From the NCBI GenBank assembly GCA_026981985.1, contig JALSHZ010000114.1, forward strand, positions 74,428-138,427: 64,000 bases of DNA. The letters run 5' to 3'. The notes beneath the pieces are model-generated. The model made no database searches and had not been told where the DNA came from. It saw nothing but the letters and a program-made list of their open reading frames with translations. This document shows, piece after piece, positions 1 to 13,112 of this stretch. The stretch comes from Gammaproteobacteria bacterium. GTDB lineage: Bacteria; Pseudomonadota; Gammaproteobacteria; UWMA-0217. Position numbers and translations under genes: made by a program. The number at the start of each line of letters is the position of its first letter. Position 1 is the stretch's first letter.

Positions 1-160
1 GATGATTGGTGACGACGTCGCCATTACAGTGTTGGGTGTAAAGGGCAACCAGGTAAGGGTAGGAATCAATGCCCCCAAGGAAGTCCCCGTCCATCGAGAA
101 GAGATCTATCTTCGTATCAAGAATGAAGAGGAGAACGCGGCCAGTTCCGGCGAAAGCTGA
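1..160 (+). CDS. csrA: Carbon storage regulator CsrA/RsmA, 3' part (5' end lies outside the window). Frame starting at nt 2 gives ...[52 protein letters not shown], with stop TGA at 158-160.
   Basis: The translated sequence carries the conserved CsrA core [27 protein letters not shown]. The csrA gene is classically followed by tRNA-Ser and tRNA-Arg, as it is here. Confidence 0.85.
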   Translation, partial: MIGDDVAITVLGVKGNQVRVGINAPKEVPVHREEIYLRIKNEEENAASSGES

Positions 161-279
161 AATGGTTCCTATCGGTATTGATCGATGGCAGCAGGTAATC
201 GATCAATGTCGGTAAACTGCCAATTCTGACTCTTTACGTGGGCGCACCAGGAATGTATCCTGTGCGCCCTGTTGTTTCT

Positions 280-369
280 GGAGAGCTGGCCGAGTGGCTG
301 AAGGCGCACCCCTGCTAAGGGTGTATACGTTGACGCGTATCGAGGGTTCGAATCCCTCGCTCTCCGCCA
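280..369 (+). tRNA. serV: tRNA-Ser (anticodon GCU), 90 nt with a long variable arm
   Basis: Cloverleaf read directly from the sequence. The acceptor stem is GGAGAGC/GCTCTCC. The anticodon loop is ctGCTaa on a caccc/gggtg stem. The T-arm is gagggTTCGAATccctc and the molecule ends ...GCCA. Confidence 0.9.
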
Positions 370-757
370 TTATTCAGAGCGGTTCAGCTCAAATTTCCCC
401 CGTTATAAGACAGAGTGCCTTGGTTTGACACGAGGGATTTGAACCCGACCAGAGGGTTCGACAAAACGGCAGGACAGCCGTTTTGGACGCGCAGCGCCCC
501 GCAGGGGTGAGCGTCAGGAAGGCGCGAGTCCATCCCTCGCTCTCCGCCATTATTCAGAGCGATTCAGCTCAAACTTCCCCCGTTACAAGACAGAGTGCCT
601 TGGTTTGACACGAGGGATTTGAACCCGACCAGAGGGTTCGACAAAACGGCAGGATAGCCGTTTTGGACGCGCAGCGCCCCGCAGGGGTGAGCGTCAGGAA
701 GACGAGAATCCATCCCTCGCTCTCCGCCATTATTCAGAGTGATTCAGCTCGAGTCTT
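352..757. repeat. Tandem direct repeat with a 180-bp unit, about 2.2 copies (units at 370-549, 550-729 and a partial copy 730-757). Each unit ends with an 18-nt copy of the tRNA-Ser 3' end (ATCCCTCGCTCTCCGCCA).
   Basis: Direct comparison of the two full units shows about 96% identity (7 mismatches in 180). The 18-mer occurs at 352-369 (inside the tRNA), 532-549 and 712-729. Each unit also contains an inverted T-arm-like GAGGGATTTGAACCC and a perfect 9-bp hairpin caaaacggc-AGGACAG-gccgttttg. Confidence 0.85.
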
Positions 758-993
758 GGCCCCGTAGTGTCTTCGTCCATCATTTCAGCCATCATGCTGC
801 AACTGACCATTGCCGCCTGTCGGGGTATTGCGTTACCCGTCGGGGTTCGTGGTTGGTAACACCTTGACAGTTGGAAATCGCCCGGAGCAGATGTTCCTGC
901 AGAACGTCGCCAGAAAACACTTTTAATCTCGTCGAGATTAGTAGATAATCCCGTCCTCGATTTCGGGGGTCTCCCCAATCGATCTCAAAAAGG

Positions 994-1070
994 GCGCCCG
1001 TAGCTCAGCTGGATAGAGTACCTGGCTACGAACCAGGTGGTCGGAGGTTCGAATCCTTCCGGGCGCGCCA
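994..1070 (+). tRNA. argV: tRNA-Arg (anticodon ACG), 77 nt
   Basis: GCGCCCGTAGCTCAGCTGGATAGAGT... with anticodon stem-loop cctgg-ctACGaa-ccagg, a TTCGAAT T-loop and a 3' end ...CGGGCGC-G-CCA. Confidence 0.9.
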
Positions 1071-1205
1071 TTTTTACTTCTACCTCTTGCTGCTTCAAAA
1101 TCACCCCAGTTGTCGACTGCTTTAACGATGTCAGTGTGGGATTGCTGCGTATGCTATCTCCCTACATCACGTTGGTGAGCTCCGTTGTGTGCTAACCCGA
1201 GTTCA

Positions 1206-5055
<3,850 letters not shown>

Positions 5056-5066
<11 letters not shown>

Positions 5067-5676
5067 CCTTCATCATCATGCTTTTGATTTTCTGCGCCAG
5101 CAGCCTGCTGCGCAGCTGGTTGGCCTCGTCGAGGCTGGTGAACGGGCCAAGGCGGACGCGGTGCCAGACACCGTCGCTGACATGCACCTTCTCGATTCTC
5201 GCCTTGATGCCGAGCAGTGCCAGCCGCGCTTTCATTTGGTCTGCCTGTCGGGGTTTGCGAAATGATCCCACCTGAAGAATATAAGCCTGTTGCGTGTTGC
5301 TGTGGGCAACCTCCGGCTTAGTGGGTAACAGTAACGGTCCTGCCGAACTGTGGCCGCTGGTGGCGGTTTCTTCTGGCGGTACAATCACCGACTGGTCTTT
5401 TAACTGGTTGTAGAAGCTGAAGTCGGGTTCGTCGGGTACCGGGATTGGGTCGGGTTCATGGGAGGGCTGTACGGGCACGCTGGTTTCCACGGTCGCCGGT
5501 TCGGCGGGGGCTGGTGTCCCCACGGGCGCTTCGGGTGTCTTGATATTGATCAGCACCAGCAGTACCACCAGCAAGCCAATGGACAGCAGGCCCAGCGCCC
5601 ACACCAGGGGTGACGCAGCATTGCCGGACTTGCGTTTGCCGCGTGTTGCGCCTTTGCGTTTTCGTGTCGTCGCCAT
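5056..5676 (-). CDS. ftsN: FtsN-like cell-division protein with a C-terminal SPOR domain, about 207 aa. Layout: basic cytoplasmic N-terminus, one TM segment, a Pro-rich linker, then SPOR.
   Basis: The N-terminus [16 protein letters not shown] is followed by a hydrophobic helix and a PAPAEP-rich linker. The SPOR-like C-terminus is YILQVGSFRKPRQADQMKARLALLGIKARIEKV..VWHRVRLGPF. The start ATG overlaps the argS stop (TAATG). A gene in the same position downstream of argS in Pseudomonas is ftsN. Confidence 0.6.
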
Positions 5677-7427
5677 TACATCTGTTCTGGCGCAGAAACG
5701 CCAAGCAGCCCGAGCCCGTTGCGGATAACTTGTTGCGTGGCTTTGCACAGGGCAATTCGCGCATTGCGCAGCGCCTCGTCATCGACCAGGAACTGCTGCG
5801 CGCCGTAGTAGCTGTGAAACAGCGTCGCCAGCTCGCGCAGATAGTTGGCGATTTGATGCGGCTCCATTGCCATTGCGGCCTGTTCGACCACCTCCGGATA
5901 GCGTGCCAGCTGGGTGATCAGTTCGGCTTCCTGTGGTTCCTGCAACAGGGAAAGATCCGGCTCACCGTATTGGTATCCCGCCTCGGCAAACTTCTTCAAA
6001 ACCGTAGAGACCCGTGCATGGGCGTACTGGATGTAGTAGACCGGGTTGTCGTTCGACTGCGACTTGGCGAGATCGAGATCGAAATCGAGATGCTGGTCAT
6101 GACGCCGCATCACGTAGAAGAAACGGGCGGCATCACGTCCGACCTCTTCGCGCAGCTCGCGCAGGGTGACGAACGAGCCGGAGCGCGTGGACATCTGCAC
6201 TTTCTCACCGCTGCGGAACAGGTTGGCGAACTGGATCAACAGCACGTCGAGTGCTTCATCGGCACCGGTGAGCGCCTTGAGCGCGGCGCGGACACGGGGG
6301 ACATAACCATGATGATCCGCGCCCCAAACGTCGATAATGCGGTCGAAACCACGTTCGACCTTGTCGAGATGGTAGGCGATATCGGAAGCGAAGTAGGTGG
6401 TCTGGCCATTGTCACGCTTGACCACACGGTCTTTCTCGTCACCGAATTCGGTGGAGCGAAACCACAGCGCGCCTTCCTTGTCGTAGATGAAGCCGGCGTC
6501 CTGCAGGCGGGTGATGCAGCTTTCGACCGCATCACTCTCCATCAGCGAGCGCTCCGAATACCAGTTCTGATACTCGATGCCGAAAGCGGCGAGATCGTTG
6601 CGGATGTTGTCGAGGATCGCGTTCAGGCCGGCGTCGAAGACGACCTGGTAGCGGTCAGGCCCGAGTAGCGCCTTGGCGCGTTCGATCAGCGCATCGATGT
6701 GTTCTTCCTTGTCACCGCCAGCCGGTTCGTCAGCCGGGATGTCGGCGAAAACCTCGGCGGCGGGGAAGCGATAGTCGTCGCCATGTTCGCGGTGAATGGT
6801 GGCGCCGATGTCCCACACGTAATCGCCCTGGTAGGCATTGGCGGGAAAGGTGAGTTCCTCACCGGCCAGCTCCAGATAGCGCAGCCACACCGACACCGCA
6901 AGAATGTGCATCTGCCGGCCGGCATCGTTGACGTAGTATTCACGCTGAACATCGAAACCGATGGCTTCGTAGAGGTCGGCCACCACCGCGCCATAAGCCG
7001 CGCCGCGACCGTGGCCGACGTGCAGCGGCCCGGTCGGGTTGGCGGAGACGAATTCGACCTGAATCTTCTTGCCCGCACCCTGCACGGAACGCCCGTACTG
7101 CTCGCCCTGATCCAGAATCCGCCTGACGATGCCCACCGTCTCGGTTTGGGAAACGTAGAAGTTGATGAAGCCAGGGCCAGCGATCTCGGTTTTCTCTACC
7201 GAGGCATTGTGTGGCAGATTGTCGATGAGCAACGACGCAAGCTCGCGCGGATTCTTGCCGGCAGGTTTCGCGAGTTTCATTGCCAGATTGGTGGTGAAGT
7301 CGCCAAACTTGCTGTCGCGGGTGCGGCTGACCTCGATCGCCTCTGCCGTGGGTGCCTCGGTAAGCACGCCCTGCTGCTGGAGTTGCTCGGCGGCGTGAAT
7401 CAGATCCTGCTGAATTACGTCTTTCAA
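5676..7427 (-). CDS. argS: Arginyl-tRNA synthetase, 583 aa
   Basis: The class I signature region [16 protein letters not shown], with length and overall similarity to ArgS. Confidence 0.9.
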   Translation of the reverse strand: MKDVIQQDLIHAAEQLQQQGVLTEAPTAEAIEVSRTRDSKFGDFTTNLAMKLAKPAGKNPRELASLLIDNLPHNASVEKTEIAGPGFINFYVSQTETVGIVRRILDQGEQYGRSVQGAGKKIQVEFVSANPTGPLHVGHGRGAAYGAVVADLYEAIGFDVQREYYVNDAGRQMHILAVSVWLRYLELAGEELTFPANAYQGDYVWDIGATIHREHGDDYRFPAAEVFADIPADEPAGGDKEEHIDALIERAKALLGPDRYQVVFDAGLNAILDNIRNDLAAFGIEYQNWYSERSLMESDAVESCITRLQDAGFIYDKEGALWFRSTEFGDEKDRVVKRDNGQTTYFASDIAYHLDKVERGFDRIIDVWGADHHGYVPRVRAALKALTGADEALDVLLIQFANLFRSGEKVQMSTRSGSFVTLRELREEVGRDAARFFYVMRRHDQHLDFDLDLAKSQSNDNPVYYIQYAHARVSTVLKKFAEAGYQYGEPDLSLLQEPQEAELITQLARYPEVVEQAAMAMEPHQIANYLRELATLFHSYYGAQQFLVDDEALRNARIALCKATQQVIRNGLGLLGVSAPEQM

Positions 7428-7614
7428 TGCACTGATGTCCTGGACATGGGGAAATCGGACTGCGCATTCTAACCTGATTCCGAATCTGATTTCTCACCCA
7501 GCGCAGCGCCTGCCAGAACGAGTGCTGATAACGTGGCTTGCGGGGTGGCGTTGAATTTGCCTGAGACCGCCGGCGCCCCGCCGGCAATGCCAGCAGGATG
7601 CTGGCGCTCCCAGG

Positions 7615-9348
7615 TTATTGGCGTAACAGTTGCCGGCTGTGAGCCGGGTCTTTGCCGCCTTCTTGACTGGCATCCGGCGTCGCAGCTTCACCCCATGGTC
7701 GATCAGCCTGTCTCCGTTCTGGGCCACTGTAGCTGGCCGGATTGTCCTGCTGTTGATTGAGTACGCGGCCTTTTGTCGCTGTAGCAGAATCCACCTTGAA
7801 GAACTTGATCAGTTCCTGAAGGGTCATTGCGTGCGCTTTCAGGATCGAGCTTGCTTCAGCGACTTGTTCCACCAGTACGGTGTTCTGCTGAGTCACGTTG
7901 TCCATTTCTGTAATCGCGATGTTCACCTGGTTGACACCGGCGGCCTGTTCTTCGGTGGCCGCAGCGATGTCGACGATCAGTGCCGATGCGTCATTGACGG
8001 TGGCGACGATTTCTTGGAGTCGCATGCCCGACTCGTCTGCCAGGCGCGAGCCGGTCGATACCTTGTCTACCGAGTCGGAGATCAGGTCCTTGATCTCCTT
8101 TGCGGCTGCGGCGGAGCGCTGTGCAAGGGCGCGCACTTCTCCGGCGACGACGGCGAAGCCGCGCCCCTGTTCTCCGGCCCGGGCGGCTTCGACGGCGGCG
8201 TTGAGTGCCAGCAGGTTGGTCTGGAAGGCGATTTCATCGATGACATTATTAATGTCGGAGATGCGCGTGCTCGTCGTTTTGATCTCCTCCATGGCGTTCA
8301 TCACCTGACCAACGACATCAGCGCCGTCGATAGCCTGGCTGCGCGCGTTGTTGACCAGTTCTTTCGCCTTGGCGGCGAACTCGGCATTGTCCTGCATGAC
8401 CGAGGTGATCGAGCGCATGTTCCGAGCTGTTTCTTCCAGCGAGTTGGCCTGCTGCGTGGTGCGCTGGGCGAGACTGGTGTTCTCTGAGGCAATTGTTTGA
8501 GAGGTGTTATCCACGTCGTTGGCGCATTCTGCAATTTGGGCGACAGCTTGGGACAGATTCTGGCTCACCTTGTTACTGCACTCGACTAGGTGGCCTAGCT
8601 CGTTTTTGCAGCTGACCTCAAGGGTGTGGGTGAGATCACCCTGGGCAAGGTGGGCCGAGATTTCCATTGCCTTCGATAGCGGTCGCGTAATGGCGCGCAC
8701 GAGGTGCATGGTCAGCAGGATGACGCCGACTGTACACAAGGCGATGATCACGAGAAACGAGTTGAATGTCTCGTCGTAGTTTTCGATCTGCCGATCGTTA
8801 ACCAGGCTGAGGTCGGTTGTTTCGTCATCACGAATGGTTTCGATGAGCACGTCCATCTGCTTGGTTGGGGGGCGATCGATCCCCTTGACCAGTTTGTCGA
8901 CGATGTGAGCACTGTCCGGATTCGACACATCATAGTGATACAAGGCGCTACGATATTTCTCGCCCAGCTGTTTGTGCGTGGCGAGCAGGGTGTCGACCTG
9001 TTCCTGCAGGGCCGGTTTCTGGCCGACCAGTGTTTTCAGTTGCAGCAGCTTTTCGCTGACCCGCTGCTCTTGCGCGTCAAACTTCTCCTTGTATTTTTTG
9101 AATGCTTTGGGGTCGTTGCCGCGAAGCAGCACATTCTTCCATTCCTGTACCTGCTTCTTGAATTCGACCTGGGCACCGCGAGCCATGTCTATGGCACTGA
9201 TGGCATTGATGCTGTCGGCGTAGACCGCCTGTGATTCCTGCAGGTTATGCGAAAGCTTCCACAGCCCGATTCCGCCGACAGTGATCAGTGCGCCAATCAC
9301 GAGCGACAGCGTCAGTATGATTTGGTGTTTTATCGAGAGTTGCATCAT
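7615..9348 (-). CDS. Methyl-accepting chemotaxis protein (N-terminal sensor, TM, HAMP, MCP signalling domain)
   Basis: Two TM segments flank a periplasmic domain of about 190 aa. The highly conserved MCP signalling core is present (...TNLLALNAAVEAARAGEQGRGFAVVAGEVRALAQRSA...). The C-terminal tail beyond it is long and low-complexity, so the true stop may be earlier than the ORF end. Confidence 0.8.
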   Translation of the reverse strand: MMQLSIKHQIILTLSLVIGALITVGGIGLWKLSHNLQESQAVYADSINAISAIDMARGAQVEFKKQVQEWKNVLLRGNDPKAFKKYKEKFDAQEQRVSEKLLQLKTLVGQKPALQEQVDTLLATHKQLGEKYRSALYHYDVSNPDSAHIVDKLVKGIDRPPTKQMDVLIETIRDDETTDLSLVNDRQIENYDETFNSFLVIIALCTVGVILLTMHLVRAITRPLSKAMEISAHLAQGDLTHTLEVSCKNELGHLVECSNKVSQNLSQAVAQIAECANDVDNTSQTIASENTSLAQRTTQQANSLEETARNMRSITSVMQDNAEFAAKAKELVNNARSQAIDGADVVGQVMNAMEEIKTTSTRISDINNVIDEIAFQTNLLALNAAVEAARAGEQGRGFAVVAGEVRALAQRSAAAAKEIKDLISDSVDKVSTGSRLADESGMRLQEIVATVNDASALIVDIAAATEEQAAGVNQVNIAITEMDNVTQQNTVLVEQVAEASSILKAHAMTLQELIKFFKVDSATATKGRVLNQQQDNPASYSGPERRQADRPWGEAATPDASQEGGKDPAHSRQLLRQ

Positions 9349-9956
9349 GTATCCGTTTGGTGGCGTGGTGTTTGCTGGTTGTGTGCAACAAACGGGCCGC
9401 CGCGGGATGGTGGGGTGCGGGTTATCCTGTGACTGTGACGAGCGTATCCATAAACGTGATGGATACGCTCGGTTACAGTTGGCAACTGCCTGATCCGGCG
9501 CGGGAATTGTTGCGATTTTTGTGTGAATGGCCTGCTGCTAACAAGTTCTCTTCGCGCTCAGGCGACAGGAACTTGCCGCTAGGGGTGAGATCATGTTCCG
9601 CCAGCTGCTGCCGCCGAGACGCATTTGTTAAGCGCATAACAGGAAGAGGGTTAGCGCCATCGGGATGGCGCTGGCAAGGTTAAAAACGTGCCCCTGTTCG
9701 TCTTTTTCGCTGGCGGGGTTGCCTATACTGGCGTCCCTTGATGCTGTTAGCCCGGGTTTCTCACCGGGTCGCGTAGCGAGGCATGACTATAAAGCCTAGT
9801 TAAAACAGTTATTTAATTGGATTGACTGCCTTATACTCTTAGTGTTTGCCGGTCAGATTGAATTCTCGTCCGCCGTAGCTGTCTCTGGTGTTGAGGATGA
9901 AACATCCTATCCGTCAGACATATAGAAGATATTGTTAACAATCGAGGTTTACTCAG

Positions 9957-10616
9957 ATGAGGTCATTTTCGTTTCTTCACATTGCATTGCTCCTGCTGCT
10001 GGTAGTGCTGTCAGGTTGTGAGTCGACTGGCTCGGGGCCGGTAAAAGCGGCCAAGGCAGGCAACAACGCAATTATCGATGACGCCGTTGCTGCCGCCTAC
10101 CGCAACGCCGAGGAGTACCGCATCGGGGTAGATGATGAGGTCAAGGTCAGTGTCTGGAAGAATCCGGATCTGTCGGTCACCGTGCCGGTACGACCGGATG
10201 GCAATATTTCGGTTCCGCTGATTGGTGATGTGCCTGTTGGTGGCAAGACGCCTACCGCAGTTGCGAGCTTGATCAAGGACAAACTGTCGGTGTTTCTGCG
10301 TGATCCGCAGGTGACGGTCATGCTGACCAAGCTGGAGAGCGACGAGTTTCTTTCACGCATTCGCATCACCGGGGCGGTCACCAAGCCCACATCGCTGCAA
10401 TATCGGCAGGGCATGACGGTGCTGGATGCGGTGCTCGAAGCTGGCGGTGTCAACAAGTTCGCCAATGCCGATGGCACCAAGCTTTATCGCAAAGATGGCG
10501 GGCAGCGCAAGGTCTATCGCATTCGCTTGAAGCGCATCCTGAAAAAGGGTGACTTGGCAACCAACTACCCATTGTTGCCTGGCGATGTGATCACCGTTCC
10601 GGAACGAGCATTCTAA
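9957..10616 (+). CDS. Polysaccharide export lipoprotein, Wza/EpsE-like (Poly_export + SLBB), 219 aa
   Basis: Lipoprotein signal ...LLLVVLSGC-ES. The motif pattern IGVDDEVKVSVW...ISVPLIGDV..GKT..ELA..I is typical of the Wza N-terminal export domain. Its short length resembles the PEP-CTERM-locus EpsE type rather than full Wza. Confidence 0.75.
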   Translation: MRSFSFLHIALLLLLVVLSGCESTGSGPVKAAKAGNNAIIDDAVAAAYRNAEEYRIGVDDEVKVSVWKNPDLSVTVPVRPDGNISVPLIGDVPVGGKTPTAVASLIKDKLSVFLRDPQVTVMLTKLESDEFLSRIRITGAVTKPTSLQYRQGMTVLDAVLEAGGVNKFANADGTKLYRKDGGQRKVYRIRLKRILKKGDLATNYPLLPGDVITVPERAF

Positions 10617-10688
10617 GCTGGCGACGGTGCGCCAGATCCATTAAACAATAAATTCGGCTTCAGAGCCGTCCGTCTAACAGGGAACGCA

Positions 10689-12221
10689 ATGCGATATTCG
10701 GTCGAAACAGACTTCAAGCTATTTCTGCGCAATATGGTGCAGTACCGGTGGTGGGTTGCGACACTGTTTTCGGTGATCGCACTGACGTTCACGGGCATCG
10801 GCTACTTCAAGCCGAATATGTATGCTTCGTATTCAACGTTGCTGTTCGATGCGCGCTCGCAGATTGCACCGCTGGTGGCTGACGGCGCCACCGCCCAGGG
10901 AAACCCGGATTGGGCCAAGGTCGCAAAAGAGATCCTCCACAGCCGCAAGACCATGACCAGCCTGATGCAGGCACTCGGCGAGATTGACGACAAGATCGAG
11001 ACGGTTGAGCAAGAAGTACGCTTGGAGAAGCTCAAGGCGAATACCAAGGTCAGTATGCTCGGTGAGAGCAATAACTACATCAAGGTCGAGTTTCGTGATC
11101 CTGATCCGGCCATGGCCAAAGAGGTGGCAACACGGCTGACCGATATCTTTATCGATTCGACGCATGGCTATCAGGCGAAAGAGAGCGGTGAGGCCTTCGA
11201 GTTCATCGATGAGCAGGTCAAAACCTATCACAAGAAGCTGCTTGAGGCGGAAGAGCGTCTGAAGAAGTTCAAGTCAGAGAAGCTGGCCAAAGGCGTAGGC
11301 TCCGAGGCAGCGGTTTCCGGGCGGATTGAGCGTTTGCAGTTAGTGATCGATCAGGCCGAACTCGATCTGAAGGAAGAGCTGATCAGAAAGGCCAGCCTTG
11401 AACGTCAGTTGCAGGGCGAGGTGAAGGCCACCGTCAGTCTGGCAAGGCAATCTCGCTATGTGGAAAAGCTTGAGTCGTTGCAAAACCGGTTGGCCAAGCT
11501 GCGGCTCGACTATACCGAGACCTATCCCGAGATCATCGCCGTAAAGCGTCAAATCGACGACGTGCGGCGCCAGATCGAGGAGGAAAAACGTGGCGATTCG
11601 ATGGACCTGGCCGGTATCGATATCAAGGCTAACGAGGTATATCAGGATATTCGTCTGCAACTTGCTGATACGAGAACGCGAATCGCAACCCTGCAGACCC
11701 GGATCGAGGAAACCAGAGCCAATATCGAGGCGGAGCGGAAGAAAGGCACTTTGGTCAATGAGAACGATGCCCAGCTCGCTGAATTGACGCGTGATTACGA
11801 GGTCAACAAGCAGTTGTACGAAAGCCTACTGAAGCGGCGTGAGTCAGCGCGTTTTGATAAAGAGGTTGATGACCAGCACAAGGGTCTGAACATCAAAATC
11901 GATCAGCCGGCATTCCTGCCGACGACGCCGAGTGGCTTTCGCTTCATTCACTTCGTGCTTGCGGGCTTGTTGGTGGGGCTGTTGACGCCGGCGGCGCTGG
12001 TCTATCTGTACCAGATCGTCGATGGCACGGTGAAGTCGCCTGAGCTGATTCAGGCACGGCTCAATGTGCCGGTGCTGGGTGCGGTCAGCGCCATCGCCAA
12101 CGACAGGGATCTGCTCGCCGAGAGGAAGCTGAACCGGGGCATAAAACTCCGTCTTTGGCTAACATTTATCATAATCGCAATCGTGGGGTACCTGCGGGTA
12201 TCGCCCGATTTATTGAAATAA
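10689..12221 (+). CDS. Polysaccharide chain-length determinant (Wzz/EpsF-like: N-terminal Wzz domain, long coiled coil, C-terminal TM), 510 aa
   Basis: An N-terminal TM segment and Wzz-like region, an extended coiled-coil middle (LKKFKSEKLAK...LQTRIEETRANIEAERKK) and a second TM near the C-terminus. This is the PCP-2a periplasmic architecture without a kinase domain. Confidence 0.75.
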   Translation: MRYSVETDFKLFLRNMVQYRWWVATLFSVIALTFTGIGYFKPNMYASYSTLLFDARSQIAPLVADGATAQGNPDWAKVAKEILHSRKTMTSLMQALGEIDDKIETVEQEVRLEKLKANTKVSMLGESNNYIKVEFRDPDPAMAKEVATRLTDIFIDSTHGYQAKESGEAFEFIDEQVKTYHKKLLEAEERLKKFKSEKLAKGVGSEAAVSGRIERLQLVIDQAELDLKEELIRKASLERQLQGEVKATVSLARQSRYVEKLESLQNRLAKLRLDYTETYPEIIAVKRQIDDVRRQIEEEKRGDSMDLAGIDIKANEVYQDIRLQLADTRTRIATLQTRIEETRANIEAERKKGTLVNENDAQLAELTRDYEVNKQLYESLLKRRESARFDKEVDDQHKGLNIKIDQPAFLPTTPSGFRFIHFVLAGLLVGLLTPAALVYLYQIVDGTVKSPELIQARLNVPVLGAVSAIANDRDLLAERKLNRGIKLRLWLTFIIIAIVGYLRVSPDLLK

Positions 12222-12235
12222 CGGGTGGTTGAGTC

Positions 12236-13102
12236 ATGTCGGATTCCTTTGGACGCGCACTGAAGAAAGTCACGGGGCCAGGCGGCGGTGGTGATGGCAC
12301 GATTATCGACACGCGCCACGATAACACCACGCGGCAACGGCGCTTCGAGTATGAAGATGGCATCATTGTTCGCAGTGTCGAGGCGCGCGACCAGATCAGC
12401 CGTATGTACCAGCCATTTGTCTTCACCCGTGAAGAGCTGGCGGCCAATCATTTTGTCGTCGAAGGTGATGAAACCAATGAAGATGCGGCGCTATTGCTGA
12501 AAGATCTGCGCAACCGGATCACCTTGCGCCGCCCGGGTTTGGGTGCGACGATTCTGGTGACGTCGGTGAATGACGAGGAGCAGCCCTCCTACTTCGCCCG
12601 CAACCTCGCCGCAGTGTTCGCAGCGGATGAGAACAAAACTTCCCTGCTGCTGGAGCTTCGGCCAACGAAAGACAAGCTGTGGGGTGATGCTGACAATGTC
12701 GCCGGATTGGCGGACTTCATCGCTAGTGACGCGATGACGGCAAAGGATGTCATTCAGCCGACAGGTGTACCGCGGATGCGGATTATTCCTTTTGGCACCA
12801 GTGATGTCATGGGCTTTGATTTTATCCGCTCGACGCGGATGCGGATTTTGGCCAAGGACATCACGCGGCGCTATCCGCGTGAACGTTTTACCGTGATGGA
12901 TGCGCCGTCGGTAGACAAGGTGGCGGATGTCGAGTTGCTCAATGAGTACGCCGACTTCTCCGTTCTCTACGTGCCCTATGGAAAGGTCTCGGAATCAAGA
13001 ATCAGGAAGGCAGTGAGCAAACTCGATCCGGAAAAATTCCTCGGTGTGGTCTTGGGCGGGTTGCCGCGCATGCCGGGTTTTCTTTCCGGTTTCATGAAAT
13101 AA
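12236..13102 (+). CDS. BY-kinase/ParA-fold protein (EpsG-like) with a degenerate Walker A and no C-terminal Tyr cluster. Predicted pseudo-kinase, 288 aa.
   Basis: It aligns by eye to the tyrosine-autokinase fold: ILVTSVNDEEQPSYFARNLAAVF corresponds to the canonical VxxTSxxPGEGKSTxAxNLA, but GEGKS/T is replaced by DEEQPS. The Walker A' DxD position reads ELRP. The protein ends ...LGGLPRMPGFLSGFMK with no YYY cluster. Confidence 0.6.
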   Translation: MSDSFGRALKKVTGPGGGGDGTIIDTRHDNTTRQRRFEYEDGIIVRSVEARDQISRMYQPFVFTREELAANHFVVEGDETNEDAALLLKDLRNRITLRRPGLGATILVTSVNDEEQPSYFARNLAAVFAADENKTSLLLELRPTKDKLWGDADNVAGLADFIASDAMTAKDVIQPTGVPRMRIIPFGTSDVMGFDFIRSTRMRILAKDITRRYPRERFTVMDAPSVDKVADVELLNEYADFSVLYVPYGKVSESRIRKAVSKLDPEKFLGVVLGGLPRMPGFLSGFMK

Positions 13103-13112
13103 GCGGGGCTCT

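Noticed and set aside
352-757. Possibility that the periodic 180-bp structure is a CRISPR array
   Set aside because: The 'spacers' are themselves 96% identical between units, the repeat unit is 180 bp rather than 24-48 bp, and no cas genes are nearby.
730-978. 82-aa minus-strand ORF between the tandem repeats and tRNA-Arg
   Set aside because: It begins inside the partial third repeat copy and shows no RBS or homology signal. The region more likely holds the tRNA-Arg promoter (GATAAT near 947-952).
5676-5748. ORF-track N-terminal extension of the SPOR protein (start at 5748, 230 aa)
   Set aside because: The extra 24 codons lie inside the argS reading frame's 3' end. The ATG at 5676 forming a TAATG junction is the far more plausible start.
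9866-9880. ops/JUMPStart-like element (CCGCCGTAGC) in the export-cassette leader
   Set aside because: It has two mismatches to the GGCGGTAG ops core, which is too weak to call.
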